Below are positions 1 to 7,730 of a stretch of DNA of 16,192 bases, one piece after another. The translations under genes and the position numbers were made by a program. The first letter of the stretch is position 1; each line of letters opens with the position of its first letter. This DNA is from Oscillospiraceae bacterium (GTDB taxonomy: Bacteria; Bacillota; Clostridia; Oscillospirales; Oscillospiraceae): assembly GCA_963628785.1 (NCBI GenBank), contig CAVGGQ010000047.1, forward strand, positions 1 to 16,192, given 5' to 3'. The notes under the pieces are model-generated. The model ran no database searches and was not told the origin of the DNA. It worked only from the letters and a program-made list of their open reading frames with translations.

Positions 1-279
1 CCTCATACTGCAGAATACCGTAAATTTCTAAGAAATGTCTTAATAGAATAAGAATTAAAGCAGCACCGCATAATTCGGCAAGAGCGATTTGTAAGCAAAT
101 TTTGCTTCCGAATGAGGCACATTGACGCAGCAATACTTTGTGTATTGCAAGGAAATGTAACGAAATGCGGGAGCAAAATTTCCGCAAAGCGCCGCAGACG
201 ACATTGTGCGGTGTTGCCTTAGTTTATTTCTGCACATAAATTTCCGGAAAATGTGCAGATCCTTCCGAATAACAGGCAG

Positions 280-318
280 AAAGGAACGCCGCGCTGGGGT
301 TTGGATGGGCGTTCCTTT
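280..318 (-). terminator. Hairpin terminator candidate downstream of the PsuG-like CDS
   Basis: Perfect 11-bp stem AAAGGAACGCC (280-290) / GGCGTTCCTTT (308-318) with a 17-nt loop. It sits 10 nt past the minus-strand stop codon (329-331). The trailing U-tract on the minus strand is only modest (TTTCTGCCTGTTATT). Confidence 0.55.
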
Positions 319-328
319 CACTGAATTA

Positions 329-973
329 TTAAACCTGGGCGTCTTTGCGCTTTATGTCTATGGCTATGGTAGAGGCCTTTTCGGCGATGTCGCCGAGGGT
401 GTCGCCGCAGGGGACGACGGTGCACTCGTTCACCTCAAGATCTCGCTGCACGAGATAGGCATCGGTGATCTGCTCAGGCTCGAGCCGCAGCACGGGTACG
501 CCGTGCGAGGAGTACTGCAGGGCCTTCTCCGGCGAGACCTTGCCGCAGAATACGAGCCGTTCCGTGCTCGAGAGCGCATCGAGATCGGCGAGAGAATCAC
601 GAAGACTCGGCGCCATGACCGGCACGATGCCCGCAAGGCGCGCGATGGCCAACGCAGCGGATGCTCCGGTGCCGGAGGTGGCGCCGCGGCCGACGAGCCC
701 CGGGATCTGCGAGCGGTTGCAGCTTCCGCCGTTTTGGCAGAGCGTGTCCATGTCCTCTTTCGTCAGACCGACCTTGAGACGGCCGTTCACGATGCCGATG
801 CATGCCGGCACGCAGTTGCGCCGGAAGAAGGCCTGCTCACACTCCTGCAGTGCCTCCAGATTGCGCGGGTACGGCAGCTGCATAAAGAAGCCGGTCTCAA
901 TGGCAACAACAGGCGTGCCCGACTTGAGCGATGCCGAAACCGGTGCTGTAACATTCATGTACTTACTTGCCAT
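329..973 (-). CDS. IndA/PsuG-like (pseudouridine-5'-phosphate glycosidase family) protein, short divergent form (~214 aa)
   Basis: ORF track 329..991(-). I trimmed the start to the ATG at 971-973 (MASKYMNV...) because GAGAGGA lies 9 nt upstream and the 991 start is a TTG. The blocks PVVAIETGFF..LPYPRN, CVPACIGIVNGRLKVGLTKEDMD, GATSGTGASAALAIARLAGI and HGVPVL align by eye with my recollection of E. coli YeiN/PsuG (PVVALESTIISHGMPFPQN, AVPATIAIIGGVMKVGLSKEEIE, GATTVASTMIIAALAGI, FGVPLIGY). The family assignment is from memory, not a search. Confidence 0.6.
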   Translation of the reverse strand: MASKYMNVTAPVSASLKSGTPVVAIETGFFMQLPYPRNLEALQECEQAFFRRNCVPACIGIVNGRLKVGLTKEDMDTLCQNGGSCNRSQIPGLVGRGATSGTGASAALAIARLAGIVPVMAPSLRDSLADLDALSSTERLVFCGKVSPEKALQYSSHGVPVLRLEPEQITDAYLVQRDLEVNECTVVPCGDTLGDIAEKASTIAIDIKRKDAQV

Positions 974-1049
974 AACAAAAAGTCCTCTCAAAGCTCAGGC
1001 AGGATGCAAAATGTCGTTTGCCGAGCTGTCCACTTTATTTAACTTCTAT

Positions 1050-1078
1050 ATCATACCCGAAAAAGGAAAAAATTGCAA
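1050..1078 (-). promoter_or_regulatory. Sigma-A-type promoter for the PsuG-like gene
   Basis: Read on the minus strand: TTGCAA (1073-1078), exactly 17 nt spacer, TATGAT (1050-1055). It lies about 75 nt upstream of the ATG at 973. Confidence 0.6.
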
Positions 1079-1170
1079 GAGCGGAGAAATTTGACCGATT
1101 GTTCACGCTTTTTTCATAAGTATATTCTATAATACAGTCATACTTCCGAGAACGGAAAAGGAGAATACCC

Positions 1171-1860
1171 ATGGCAGACAGGGAACGCACGGATCGGGAC
1201 GCCGGTTTTACCGACGCAAGCTACGTGACGCGGGAGGATGCTCCCAACACGCCGCACAGCTTTTCCTCGTCCGATGACAAAAATAAAAACGGCTCGGCCA
1301 TTGCCGTGGCGGGGCTTTGCATAGCGCTGTTTGTACTCGGTTCTCTCATCAACAACGTGTGTACCTCCGCCTTCAACGGGAACCGCCGGACGGTCACGCC
1401 CGACAATTCCGAGAGCAATGCCGAGACCGTATCGACGAGCATAGTGAAGGCCGCCGTCGGCGCGACCGCGCGTCCGGTGAGCACTGCCGCCCCCGTTCGG
1501 GAGAGAGCGTATCTCGGCGTTGTGGTGCAGACGGTGTCGAGTGCTGCGGCGGAATACTATAACGGCGCCGATGAAAACAACCGCATGGTGCCCGGCGTGC
1601 AGGTATACGCCATCGATGAGGAGGGCCCCGCAGCAGAGGCAGGACTGCAGTGCGGTGACATCATCACCGGCATGGACGACAAGATCATCGAGTCCGCCGA
1701 CGATCTCACGGACTTTGAGACCGGGTGCACCTCCGGCGAGAATGCCGTGGCGACAGTCTTCCGCAACGGCGAGTATGCGGAAGTCCCCGTGACCTTCACC
1801 GACCCGCCCGAAGACGAAGAGACCGAAGTGCACTGGTACGGCACCGGCGGCGCGTGGTAA
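1171..1860 (+). CDS. Single-pass membrane protein with C-terminal PDZ domain
   Basis: RBS GAAAAGGAGAA ends 6 nt before the ATG. There is one hydrophobic helix (AIAVAGLCIALFVLGSLI). A PDZ-like segment follows: YLGVVVQ...VPGVQVYAIDEEGPAAEAGLQCGDIITGMDDKIIESADDL...ATVFRNGEYAEVPVTF. No protease domain is recognisable. Confidence 0.75.
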   Translation: MADRERTDRDAGFTDASYVTREDAPNTPHSFSSSDDKNKNGSAIAVAGLCIALFVLGSLINNVCTSAFNGNRRTVTPDNSESNAETVSTSIVKAAVGATARPVSTAAPVRERAYLGVVVQTVSSAAAEYYNGADENNRMVPGVQVYAIDEEGPAAEAGLQCGDIITGMDDKIIESADDLTDFETGCTSGENAVATVFRNGEYAEVPVTFTDPPEDEETEVHWYGTGGAW

Positions 1861-1888
1861 AGAGCTTCCGGCACCGTCGAGAACATCA

Positions 1889-1920
1889 TCCCGGCTGCAG
1901 AAAACGCAGTCGGGATTTTT
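1889..1920 (+). terminator. Rho-independent terminator after the PDZ gene
   Basis: Stem TCCCGGCTGC (1889-1898) / GCAGTCGGGA (1906-1915), 10 bp including one G-U pair. The loop is AGAAAAC, followed by TTTTT (1916-1920). Confidence 0.75.
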
Positions 1921-1974
1921 CGTTTCTCCGAAGGCTCTCCATGCCGGGAAAAGAGCCGCTGCGCGTGATTTTTC

Positions 1975-2001
1975 TTGCAAAAGCTGCTTAAATGGTATAT
2001 T
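1975..2001 (+). promoter_or_regulatory. Candidate extended -10 promoter for mfd
   Basis: TTGCAA (1975-1980) and TGgTATATT (1993-2001, a TGn extended -10). The spacer is only 15 nt if TATATT is the -10 hexamer. It sits just after the upstream terminator and about 10 nt before the mfd ATG. Confidence 0.4.
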
Positions 2002-2010
2002 CTGAAACTT

Positions 2011-5000
2011 ATGGATGCAATTATCAAAGCAATATCGGCGACACCCTCCTTGGCTACCCTCCCCCTGAGGGTTGAGGAGGGCTATTTGCCTGCCCTTTTG
2101 ACGCAGACGGGCGGTGGCATGCGCGCCCTCGCCGCCGCCATGCTGCGGCGCGAAACGGGCCGTCCGCTTTTCCTGTTGTGCACGGACGAGGCCAATGCCC
2201 GCACGCTCGCGGCGGATCTGGAAGCACTGCTCGGGGAGAAGACCGTTTTTCTCACGGGACGCGACCTCGCCATGCGCGATGCGGAGGTCGTATCGCGCCA
2301 GGAGGAGCAGCAGCGCCTGCGCGCGATCGATGCGATGCAGAGCGGTACGCCGATCACGGTGTGCACCGTGTCCGGTCTCCTGCAGCGCACGCTCAGCCCC
2401 GAGATCCTCACCGAGGCCGCCTTCACGATGAAGGTCGGCGAAGGAAACGGCCCGGAAGCGCTTGAGCCGAAGCTCCTGGCAAGCGGCTACCGCCGCAGCG
2501 ACATGGTCGAGGGACCGGGGCAGTTTTCCCGCCGCGGCGGCATTCTCGACATATTCTCGCCCGGCTCGGAACGTCCGATACGCGCCGAATTCTGGGGCGA
2601 TGAGATCGACTCCATGGGTTTCTTCGACACCGACACGCAGCGCCGCGCCGAAAATGTCGAAGAGTTCCGCGTGCTCCCCGCATGCGAGGCCCTTTTGGAC
2701 GCAAACCGCGCCGACGCCATCGCCAAAGCACTCGAAGCGCGCGGCACACGCGCCGACCGCCGCGGAAATGCCGAACTTGCGAGCCGTCTCCGCCGCGATG
2801 CGGAGAAGATCCGCACCGGCGCACCGCTCCCGTGGAGCGACCGGTATCTGCCGGAATTATACAAAGAGTATTCAACTGCCATTGACTTCATCGCGCCGGA
2901 CGCGCTCGTGTTCATCGATGCGCCGAACCGCTGCACGGAGAAGGCAAAAGAACTTACGGAATCTCTCGCGGACGATATAAAGATCCTCCGCGAGGGCGCC
3001 TTCCCGACGGGCGAGGCGTCGGACTACCTCCTGCCGTGGAAGGACGCGTGCGAGAAGCTCGCGGAATTTGCCGTCGTGATGACGGATGCCTTCAGCGCGG
3101 GGCGCTATCCCGTTTCGCCGCGCTCGGTGCTCGATACGAATGTCCGCCAGCTCCCGAGCTACGGCGGCAGCGCGGAAACGGCGCTCGCCGATGTACAGCG
3201 TTATACGGAAAACGGCTTCCGCACCGTTGTTCTCGCCGCCGATGAACGCCGTGCCGATGTCCTCGCCGGCATGCTCGAGCGGAACGGCCTGCACCCTCTG
3301 CGTAGCTTCCCGAACGGCGAAGTGCCGCCGCCGGGCCATGTGACGGTCGCGGTCGGGAGTCTCTCGGCCGGCCTCGAAGCGCCGGAGGCACAGCTCGCCG
3401 TACTCACCGACACGCAAATCCTGGCGACAGCGCTGCGCAGCCGCAAGCGCCGCCGCGCGATGGCGGACCGGGAAAAGCTCGGCTCGTGCGCGGATCTGTC
3501 CGTGGGCGACCTCGTGGTGCACGAGCACCACGGCATCGGCCGCTTCGCCGGCATATTCAAGATCCCGGTGGACGGCGTGGAAAAGGATTATATCAAGATC
3601 TGCTACGCCGGCTCGGACAGCCTGTATGTCCCGGCCACGCAGCTCGACCTCGTGTCGAAATACATCGGCGGCGGGGAAGACCGTCCGGTCAAGCTCTCGC
3701 GCATGGGCGGCACGGAATGGCGCCGCACCACCACCCGCGCCAAAGCCGCCGCCAAGGAGCTCGCCTCGGAGCTCGTGAAACTCTATGCGCAGCGTGCCAA
3801 AACGCCCGGCTTCGCCTTCTCCTCCGACAGCCCGTGGCAAACCGAGTTTGAGGAATCGTTCGGCTACACCGAAACCGACGACCAGCTCCGCTGCATCCGG
3901 GAGATCAAGGAGGACATGGAAAAGCCCGTGCCGATGGACCGCCTCCTGTGCGGCGATGTGGGCTACGGCAAGACCGAAGTCGCCCTGCGCGCGGCCATGA
4001 AGTGTATTTTAGACGGCAAGCAGTGCGCCATCCTCGTGCCGACGACGGTGCTCGCGTGGCAGCATTACCAGACCGCCATGCGCCGCTTCTTCGGCTACCC
4101 CGTGGAAATTGCACTCCTCTCGCGCTATTCCACGCCCAATCAGAAAAAAGATATCCTCAAAAAGCTGCAGGCGGGCAGCATCGACCTGCTCATCGGCACG
4201 CACAGCCTCCTGCAGAAAAGCGTCGCCTTCAAAGACCTCGGCCTTCTCATCGTGGACGAGGAGCAGCGCTTCGGCGTGACGCACAAGGAAAAACTCAAGG
4301 AAATGTCGCAGGGTGTGGATGTGCTAACGCTCTCCGCGACCCCGATACCGCGCACGCTCAATATGGCGCTCTCGGGTCTGCGCAGCATGTCCACCATCGA
4401 GGAGCCGCCGCGCGACCGCCAGCCGGTGCAGACATTCGTCATCGAGCACGACTGGAAGGTCGTGTGCGACGCCATCCGGCGCGAACTTCTGCGCGGGGGA
4501 CAGGTATATTATCTCCACAACCGTGTTGAAAACATCGAGCAGACCGCCCTGCGCCTGCAGAAAATGCTCGACGGCGCGACCGTCGGCGTGGCGCACGGCC
4601 AGATGGGCGAGGAGCAGATCTCTCGCGTGATGGACGACATGGTCGAGGGCAAGATCCGGGTGCTTGTGTGCACGACCATCATCGAAACGGGCATCGACAT
4701 TCCGAACGTGAACACGCTCATCATCGAGGATGCCGACCGGCTCGGCCTCGCGCAGCTCCATCAGCTCCGCGGCCGCGTGGGACGCTCCGCGCGAAGGGCG
4801 AGCGCATACCTCACCTACCGCCCGAGCAAGGTGCTCTCCGAGATCGCCGAAAAGCGTCTCACCGCCATCCGCGAGTTTGCGGAGTTCAACGCCGGCTTCC
4901 AGATCGCCATGCGCGATCTCGAGATCCGCGGCGCGGGCAACCTGCTCGGCGCGGAGCAGTCGGGCCACATGATGGATGTCGGCTACGACATGTATCTGCG

Positions 5001-5520
5001 CCTCCTGGAGGAGGCCATCATCGAGGAAAAAGGCGAGAAGCCGCCCGTGCACACCGAGTGCTCGGCGGACCTCTCCGTTACGGCGAACATTCCGGAAAAG
5101 TATGTGCCGAGCGCCGAACAGCGCATGGATCTCTACCGCCGCATTGCGCTCATCCGCACCGAAGCGGATGCGGACGACATCACGGACGAGCTCATCGACC
5201 GCTTCGGCGACCCGCCGCGGTCGGTCAACGCCCTCATCCATGTGGCGCTCCTGCGCGGCGAGGCGAGCCACGCCGGCATCACGGACATCTCGCAGAAGGG
5301 GAGCGTGCTCTACTTTTCCCTCTCGGAATTCAATATGGAGCACCTCTCGGCGCTCTATGCGAAGCCGGAATTCAAAAACCGCGTGAAGCTCGAGGCCGGC
5401 AAGGAGCCGCGCATCGCCTACAAGCTCCGCCCCGGCGCCAAGCCCATCGCGGAGGCCCGCACGCTCGTAAACGCCTGGCGCGAGCTCAATGAGCCGACAC
5501 CGACAGATAACAAGGTGTAA
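2011..5520 (+). CDS. mfd: Transcription-repair coupling factor Mfd
   Basis: ~1169 aa. CarD/TRCF RNAP-interaction block VGDLVVHEHHGIGRFAGI. Superfamily-2 helicase motifs GDVGYGKTEVALRAA, LLIVDEEQRFGV, TLSATPIPRTL and QLRGRVGRS. A TRCF-type C-terminal domain is present. I chose the ATG at 2011 (MDAIIK...) over the TTG at 1975, which coincides with the putative -35 box. Confidence 0.95.
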   Translation: MDAIIKAISATPSLATLPLRVEEGYLPALLTQTGGGMRALAAAMLRRETGRPLFLLCTDEANARTLAADLEALLGEKTVFLTGRDLAMRDAEVVSRQEEQQRLRAIDAMQSGTPITVCTVSGLLQRTLSPEILTEAAFTMKVGEGNGPEALEPKLLASGYRRSDMVEGPGQFSRRGGILDIFSPGSERPIRAEFWGDEIDSMGFFDTDTQRRAENVEEFRVLPACEALLDANRADAIAKALEARGTRADRRGNAELASRLRRDAEKIRTGAPLPWSDRYLPELYKEYSTAIDFIAPDALVFIDAPNRCTEKAKELTESLADDIKILREGAFPTGEASDYLLPWKDACEKLAEFAVVMTDAFSAGRYPVSPRSVLDTNVRQLPSYGGSAETALADVQRYTENGFRTVVLAADERRADVLAGMLERNGLHPLRSFPNGEVPPPGHVTVAVGSLSAGLEAPEAQLAVLTDTQILATALRSRKRRRAMADREKLGSCADLSVGDLVVHEHHGIGRFAGIFKIPVDGVEKDYIKICYAGSDSLYVPATQLDLVSKYIGGGEDRPVKLSRMGGTEWRRTTTRAKAAAKELASELVKLYAQRAKTPGFAFSSDSPWQTEFEESFGYTETDDQLRCIREIKEDMEKPVPMDRLLCGDVGYGKTEVALRAAMKCILDGKQCAILVPTTVLAWQHYQTAMRRFFGYPVEIALLSRYSTPNQKKDILKKLQAGSIDLLIGTHSLLQKSVAFKDLGLLIVDEEQRFGVTHKEKLKEMSQGVDVLTLSATPIPRTLNMALSGLRSMSTIEEPPRDRQPVQTFVIEHDWKVVCDAIRRELLRGGQVYYLHNRVENIEQTALRLQKMLDGATVGVAHGQMGEEQISRVMDDMVEGKIRVLVCTTIIETGIDIPNVNTLIIEDADRLGLAQLHQLRGRVGRSARRASAYLTYRPSKVLSEIAEKRLTAIREFAEFNAGFQIAMRDLEIRGAGNLLGAEQSGHMMDVGYDMYLRLLEEAIIEEKGEKPPVHTECSADLSVTANIPEKYVPSAEQRMDLYRRIALIRTEADADDITDELIDRFGDPPRSVNALIHVALLRGEASHAGITDISQKGSVLYFSLSEFNMEHLSALYAKPEFKNRVKLEAGKEPRIAYKLRPGAKPIAEARTLVNAWRELNEPTPTDNKV

Positions 5521-5573
5521 TCAATAATTCGCAATAAAGGCACGGAAACGCGCCGTAAAATAAGGAGAACACT

Positions 5574-7157
5574 ATGAAAGCAAAAAAATGGCTGGCTCTT
5601 CTGCTGAGCCTTGTACTGCTGCTCGGACTGCTGCCCGCGGCGGCGCTCGCCGCCGATGACGAAGCGGCGGAAACCGAAACGACAACGGAGATCACCGCAG
5701 AAACTGCCTCGGAAGAAGCGTCGACCGAGGAGAGCAGCGATCCGACGGTGCAGGAGATCCTCGACGCGGCCGCGGCAAAATTTGATCCCGACACGATCGT
5801 CGCCACCGCCTGCGGACAGAATGTAACATGGCGCATGTACTTCTACCAGATCTACAACGCGCTCTATCAGTACCTCTACTATTACGGCATGCCCGACTTC
5901 ACGACCGACACCGGCGACGGTACCTCGCTCGGCGAAGCCCTGCGGGAGAACATGGGATCGCGCTTCATCTATTACTGCGCGCCGCAGACGAAGGCCGCGG
6001 AGGCCGGACTCACCGATGCGGTCAGCGCCGAGCTCGATGAGCAGTGGGCGACCGTTCTGGAGACCTACGAGACCGAGGAAGCGGTCGAGGAGCTCCTCGG
6101 GCAGGAGTATCTCGATAAGGACACATTCCTCTTCCTTCTCGGCAGCAACGCCGCGTTCACCGTGCTCATGGACAGCACCTACGGTGAGGACGGCAGCAAA
6201 ATGACCGAGGATGAGGTGCTCGCCTGGGCCGATGAGCAGGGCTATATGCGCTGCAAGCACATCCTCTACAGCTTCACGGACAGCGACGGCAACACGCTCG
6301 ACGACGATGCCAAGGCCGAGCTCCTCACGACCGCGGAGGCGACCGTGGCGGAGCTGCGCACTCTCGAGAGCGACCGTGAAGCGATGCTCGCGCGCTTCGA
6401 TGAGATCATGACCGAAGTCGACGACGACCCCGGTATGACGACCTTCCCGGACGGCTACACGTTCACCGACGGCGCCATGGTCACCGAATTTGAAGACGGC
6501 ACCAAGGCACTCGCGGAGTACGAGATCTCCGATGTCGTGGAGACGAGCTACGGCTACCACATCATCCTCCGCCTGCCGCTCGACCCAGAGACCGCCACCC
6601 TCTCGCAGAACTCGAGCACCGGCGCGTACATGACGCTCCGCGAGGACGCCGCCAATGAGCTTTTCAACACCATGCTCACCGGCTGGATCGAGGAAGGCAC
6701 GGTAGAATGGCAGAACGGCTTTGAAAACCTCAACTACACCGCGCTCTTCACCATCGACGACACGGATCTCCTCACCGGCGTAGAGAAGGCCGCCGAGACC
6801 GAAGCGACCGAAGAAACGACCACCGCCGAAGCGACCGAAGAAACGACCACCGCCGAAGCGACCGGGACCGGGAAGAAAACCAACATCTGGCTGTATGTCG
6901 CCATCGCCGCCATCGTTGTCCTCATAGCCGTGATCGCTGTCCTCATCGGTCAGATCAAGCAAGGCAAAGCCGCCAAAGCCACGGAGACCGCCGAAGAGCC
7001 CAAACCGGAAGCCCCCGCAGAAATAACCGCCAGCGAAGCCGAAAAAACCGGATCCCCCGAGTCGGAAAGCACCGACCCCGACCAAACCGAAGCAGCCCCG
7101 ACCGCCGCTCCCACAGAAGAAACTCCGGCCGGAACCGAGGAAACAAAGGCAGAATGA
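5574..7157 (+). CDS. Secreted PpiC/parvulin-type peptidyl-prolyl isomerase (PrsA/SurA-like) with C-terminal transmembrane anchor
   Basis: RBS AAGGAGA lies 7 nt upstream. Signal peptide MKAKKWLALLLSLVLLLGLLPAAALA-AD has no lipobox Cys. Parvulin-like core: YMRCKHILY...GYTFTDGAMVTEFEDGTKALAEYEISDVVETSYGYHIILRL. C-terminal TM helix IWLYVAIAAIVVLIAVIAVLIGQI. A-, E-, T- and P-rich low-complexity segments are present. Its position directly after mfd is a common Firmicutes arrangement. Confidence 0.8.
   Translation: MKAKKWLALLLSLVLLLGLLPAAALAADDEAAETETTTEITAETASEEASTEESSDPTVQEILDAAAAKFDPDTIVATACGQNVTWRMYFYQIYNALYQYLYYYGMPDFTTDTGDGTSLGEALRENMGSRFIYYCAPQTKAAEAGLTDAVSAELDEQWATVLETYETEEAVEELLGQEYLDKDTFLFLLGSNAAFTVLMDSTYGEDGSKMTEDEVLAWADEQGYMRCKHILYSFTDSDGNTLDDDAKAELLTTAEATVAELRTLESDREAMLARFDEIMTEVDDDPGMTTFPDGYTFTDGAMVTEFEDGTKALAEYEISDVVETSYGYHIILRLPLDPETATLSQNSSTGAYMTLREDAANELFNTMLTGWIEEGTVEWQNGFENLNYTALFTIDDTDLLTGVEKAAETEATEETTTAEATEETTTAEATGTGKKTNIWLYVAIAAIVVLIAVIAVLIGQIKQGKAAKATETAEEPKPEAPAEITASEAEKTGSPESESTDPDQTEAAPTAAPTEETPAGTEETKAE
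6801..6863 (+). repeat. 27-nt in-frame tandem repeat (2.3 copies) inside the PrsA-like CDS
   Basis: GAAGCGACCGAAGAAACGACCACCGCC occurs at 6801-6827 and identically at 6828-6854, then a partial copy GAAGCGACC at 6855-6863. It encodes EATEETTTA EATEETTTA EAT just before the TM helix. Confidence 0.95.
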
Positions 7158-7242
7158 CCGACATAGAAAGGATCTCAGCAAAAAGACGAAAAGATCCTTT
7201 CCGGGCTTGCACGCTCGGTGAGTAAAAACGCATATAACGCAA

Positions 7243-7280
7243 ATCACCCCCGACGGAGCCGTGGCTCTGTCGGGGGTGAT
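7243..7280 (-). terminator. Terminator hairpin at the end of the feo operon (in the convergent gap with the PrsA-like gene)
   Basis: 12-bp GC-rich stem ATCACCCCCGAC (7243-7254) / GTCGGGGGTGAT (7269-7280), with extra inner pairing GAGCC/GGCTC. It sits 14 nt past the minus-strand stop of the HMA gene (7295-7297). On the minus strand it is followed by TTGCGTTATATGCGTTTTT. Confidence 0.65.
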
Positions 7281-7294
7281 CGGGTCGAGGGGGG

Positions 7295-7552
7295 TTATTT
7301 TCTTCCGAAGAGGGAGAATTTCTTTTTTTCGTAGGGTTCGGAGCGGACGGAGGTGAGCGTGTACCCGGTGCCGGCGAGGGCACGCTCGAGCTCCTGTTCC
7401 GAGATGGGCTCTTCGGAGAGGACCTCCGTTTCGCCCTTTGTGTGAGAAGAGGTGACTTTCTTCACGCGGATGGCATTGCGGATGGCGTCGTTCACATGGC
7501 TTTCGCACATGCCGCACATCATTCCGTCGATCGAGAGCGTGGTTTTAACCAT
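7295..7552 (-). CDS. Heavy-metal-associated (HMA) domain protein, CopZ-like metallochaperone fold
   Basis: 85 aa. N-terminal MVKTTLSIDGMMCGMCESHV carries the GMxCxxC metal-binding motif on a ferredoxin-like HMA pattern. An internal RBS-like GAAGGAAA lies 5 nt upstream. The start overlaps the upstream stop (ATGGTTAA, 7545-7552). Confidence 0.85.
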   Translation of the reverse strand: MVKTTLSIDGMMCGMCESHVNDAIRNAIRVKKVTSSHTKGETEVLSEEPISEQELERALAGTGYTLTSVRSEPYEKKKFSLFGRK

Positions 7553-7730
7553 GATGCTTTCCTTCTTTGCAGTAGTGGCAGGCTCCTCCGCAGTGAGCGC
7601 AGTTTCCGCCGCAGGAGGACCTTCCCTGTTTCTTGTCCTTTACGAGCGACCGTACGATCGCCGCGACGATCCCGACGAGAACGAGCGCAACAACGATCGT
7701 TCCGATATTTTCAGCTAACCAGGCGAACAC
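7545..7730 (-). CDS. FeoB-associated Cys-rich membrane peptide
   Basis: 61 aa. One TM helix (IGTIVVALVLVGIVAAIV) followed by the Cys/His cluster SSCGGNCAHCGGACHYCKEGKHHG. GTG start with GGGAGG 7 nt upstream, placed directly after the feoB stop. The architecture matches my recollection of the Pfam FeoB_associated family. Confidence 0.8.
   Translation of the reverse strand: MFAWLAENIGTIVVALVLVGIVAAIVRSLVKDKKQGRSSCGGNCAHCGGACHYCKEGKHHG

Noticed and set aside
55-321. 88-aa minus-strand ORF in the left-edge AT-rich block
   Set aside because: It starts inside the terminator hairpin (280-318), has no RBS and has no recognisable motif. It is most likely non-coding sequence.
206-1042. 278-aa plus-strand ORF (and nested ORF 465..1094)
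   Set aside because: It lies antisense to the PsuG-like gene and runs through that gene's promoter and terminator hairpin. The product is Arg/Ala/Gly-rich and low-complexity, typical of high-GC shadow ORFs, with no RBS.
1138-1980. 280-aa minus-strand ORF (plus 1557..2027)
   Set aside because: It lies antisense to the PDZ gene and spans its terminator and the mfd promoter. There are no motifs or RBS, whereas the plus-strand gene has an RBS, a TM helix and a PDZ pattern.
2872-5343. Long minus-strand ORFs inside mfd (2872..3840, 4324..5343) and many 60-190-aa ORFs in other frames
   Set aside because: The Mfd frame carries unambiguous helicase/TRCF motifs over its entire length. The others are GC-driven shadow ORFs.
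7167-7200. Hairpin AAAGGATCT-N16-AGATCCTTT just after the PrsA-like stop codon, considered as its terminator
   Set aside because: The 9-bp stem is A/T-rich with a large 16-nt loop and no U-tract on either strand. I could not support a terminator call. The GC-rich hairpin at 7243-7280 is the stronger element in this convergent gap.
5418-7517. 699-aa minus-strand ORF, the longest unexplained ORF in the track
   Set aside because: It lies antisense to the PrsA-like gene and also crosses the intergenic terminators and the HMA gene. Its translation is Gly/Arg/Phe-rich repeats mirroring the sense-strand low-complexity and tandem-repeat regions. There is no RBS or domain signature.
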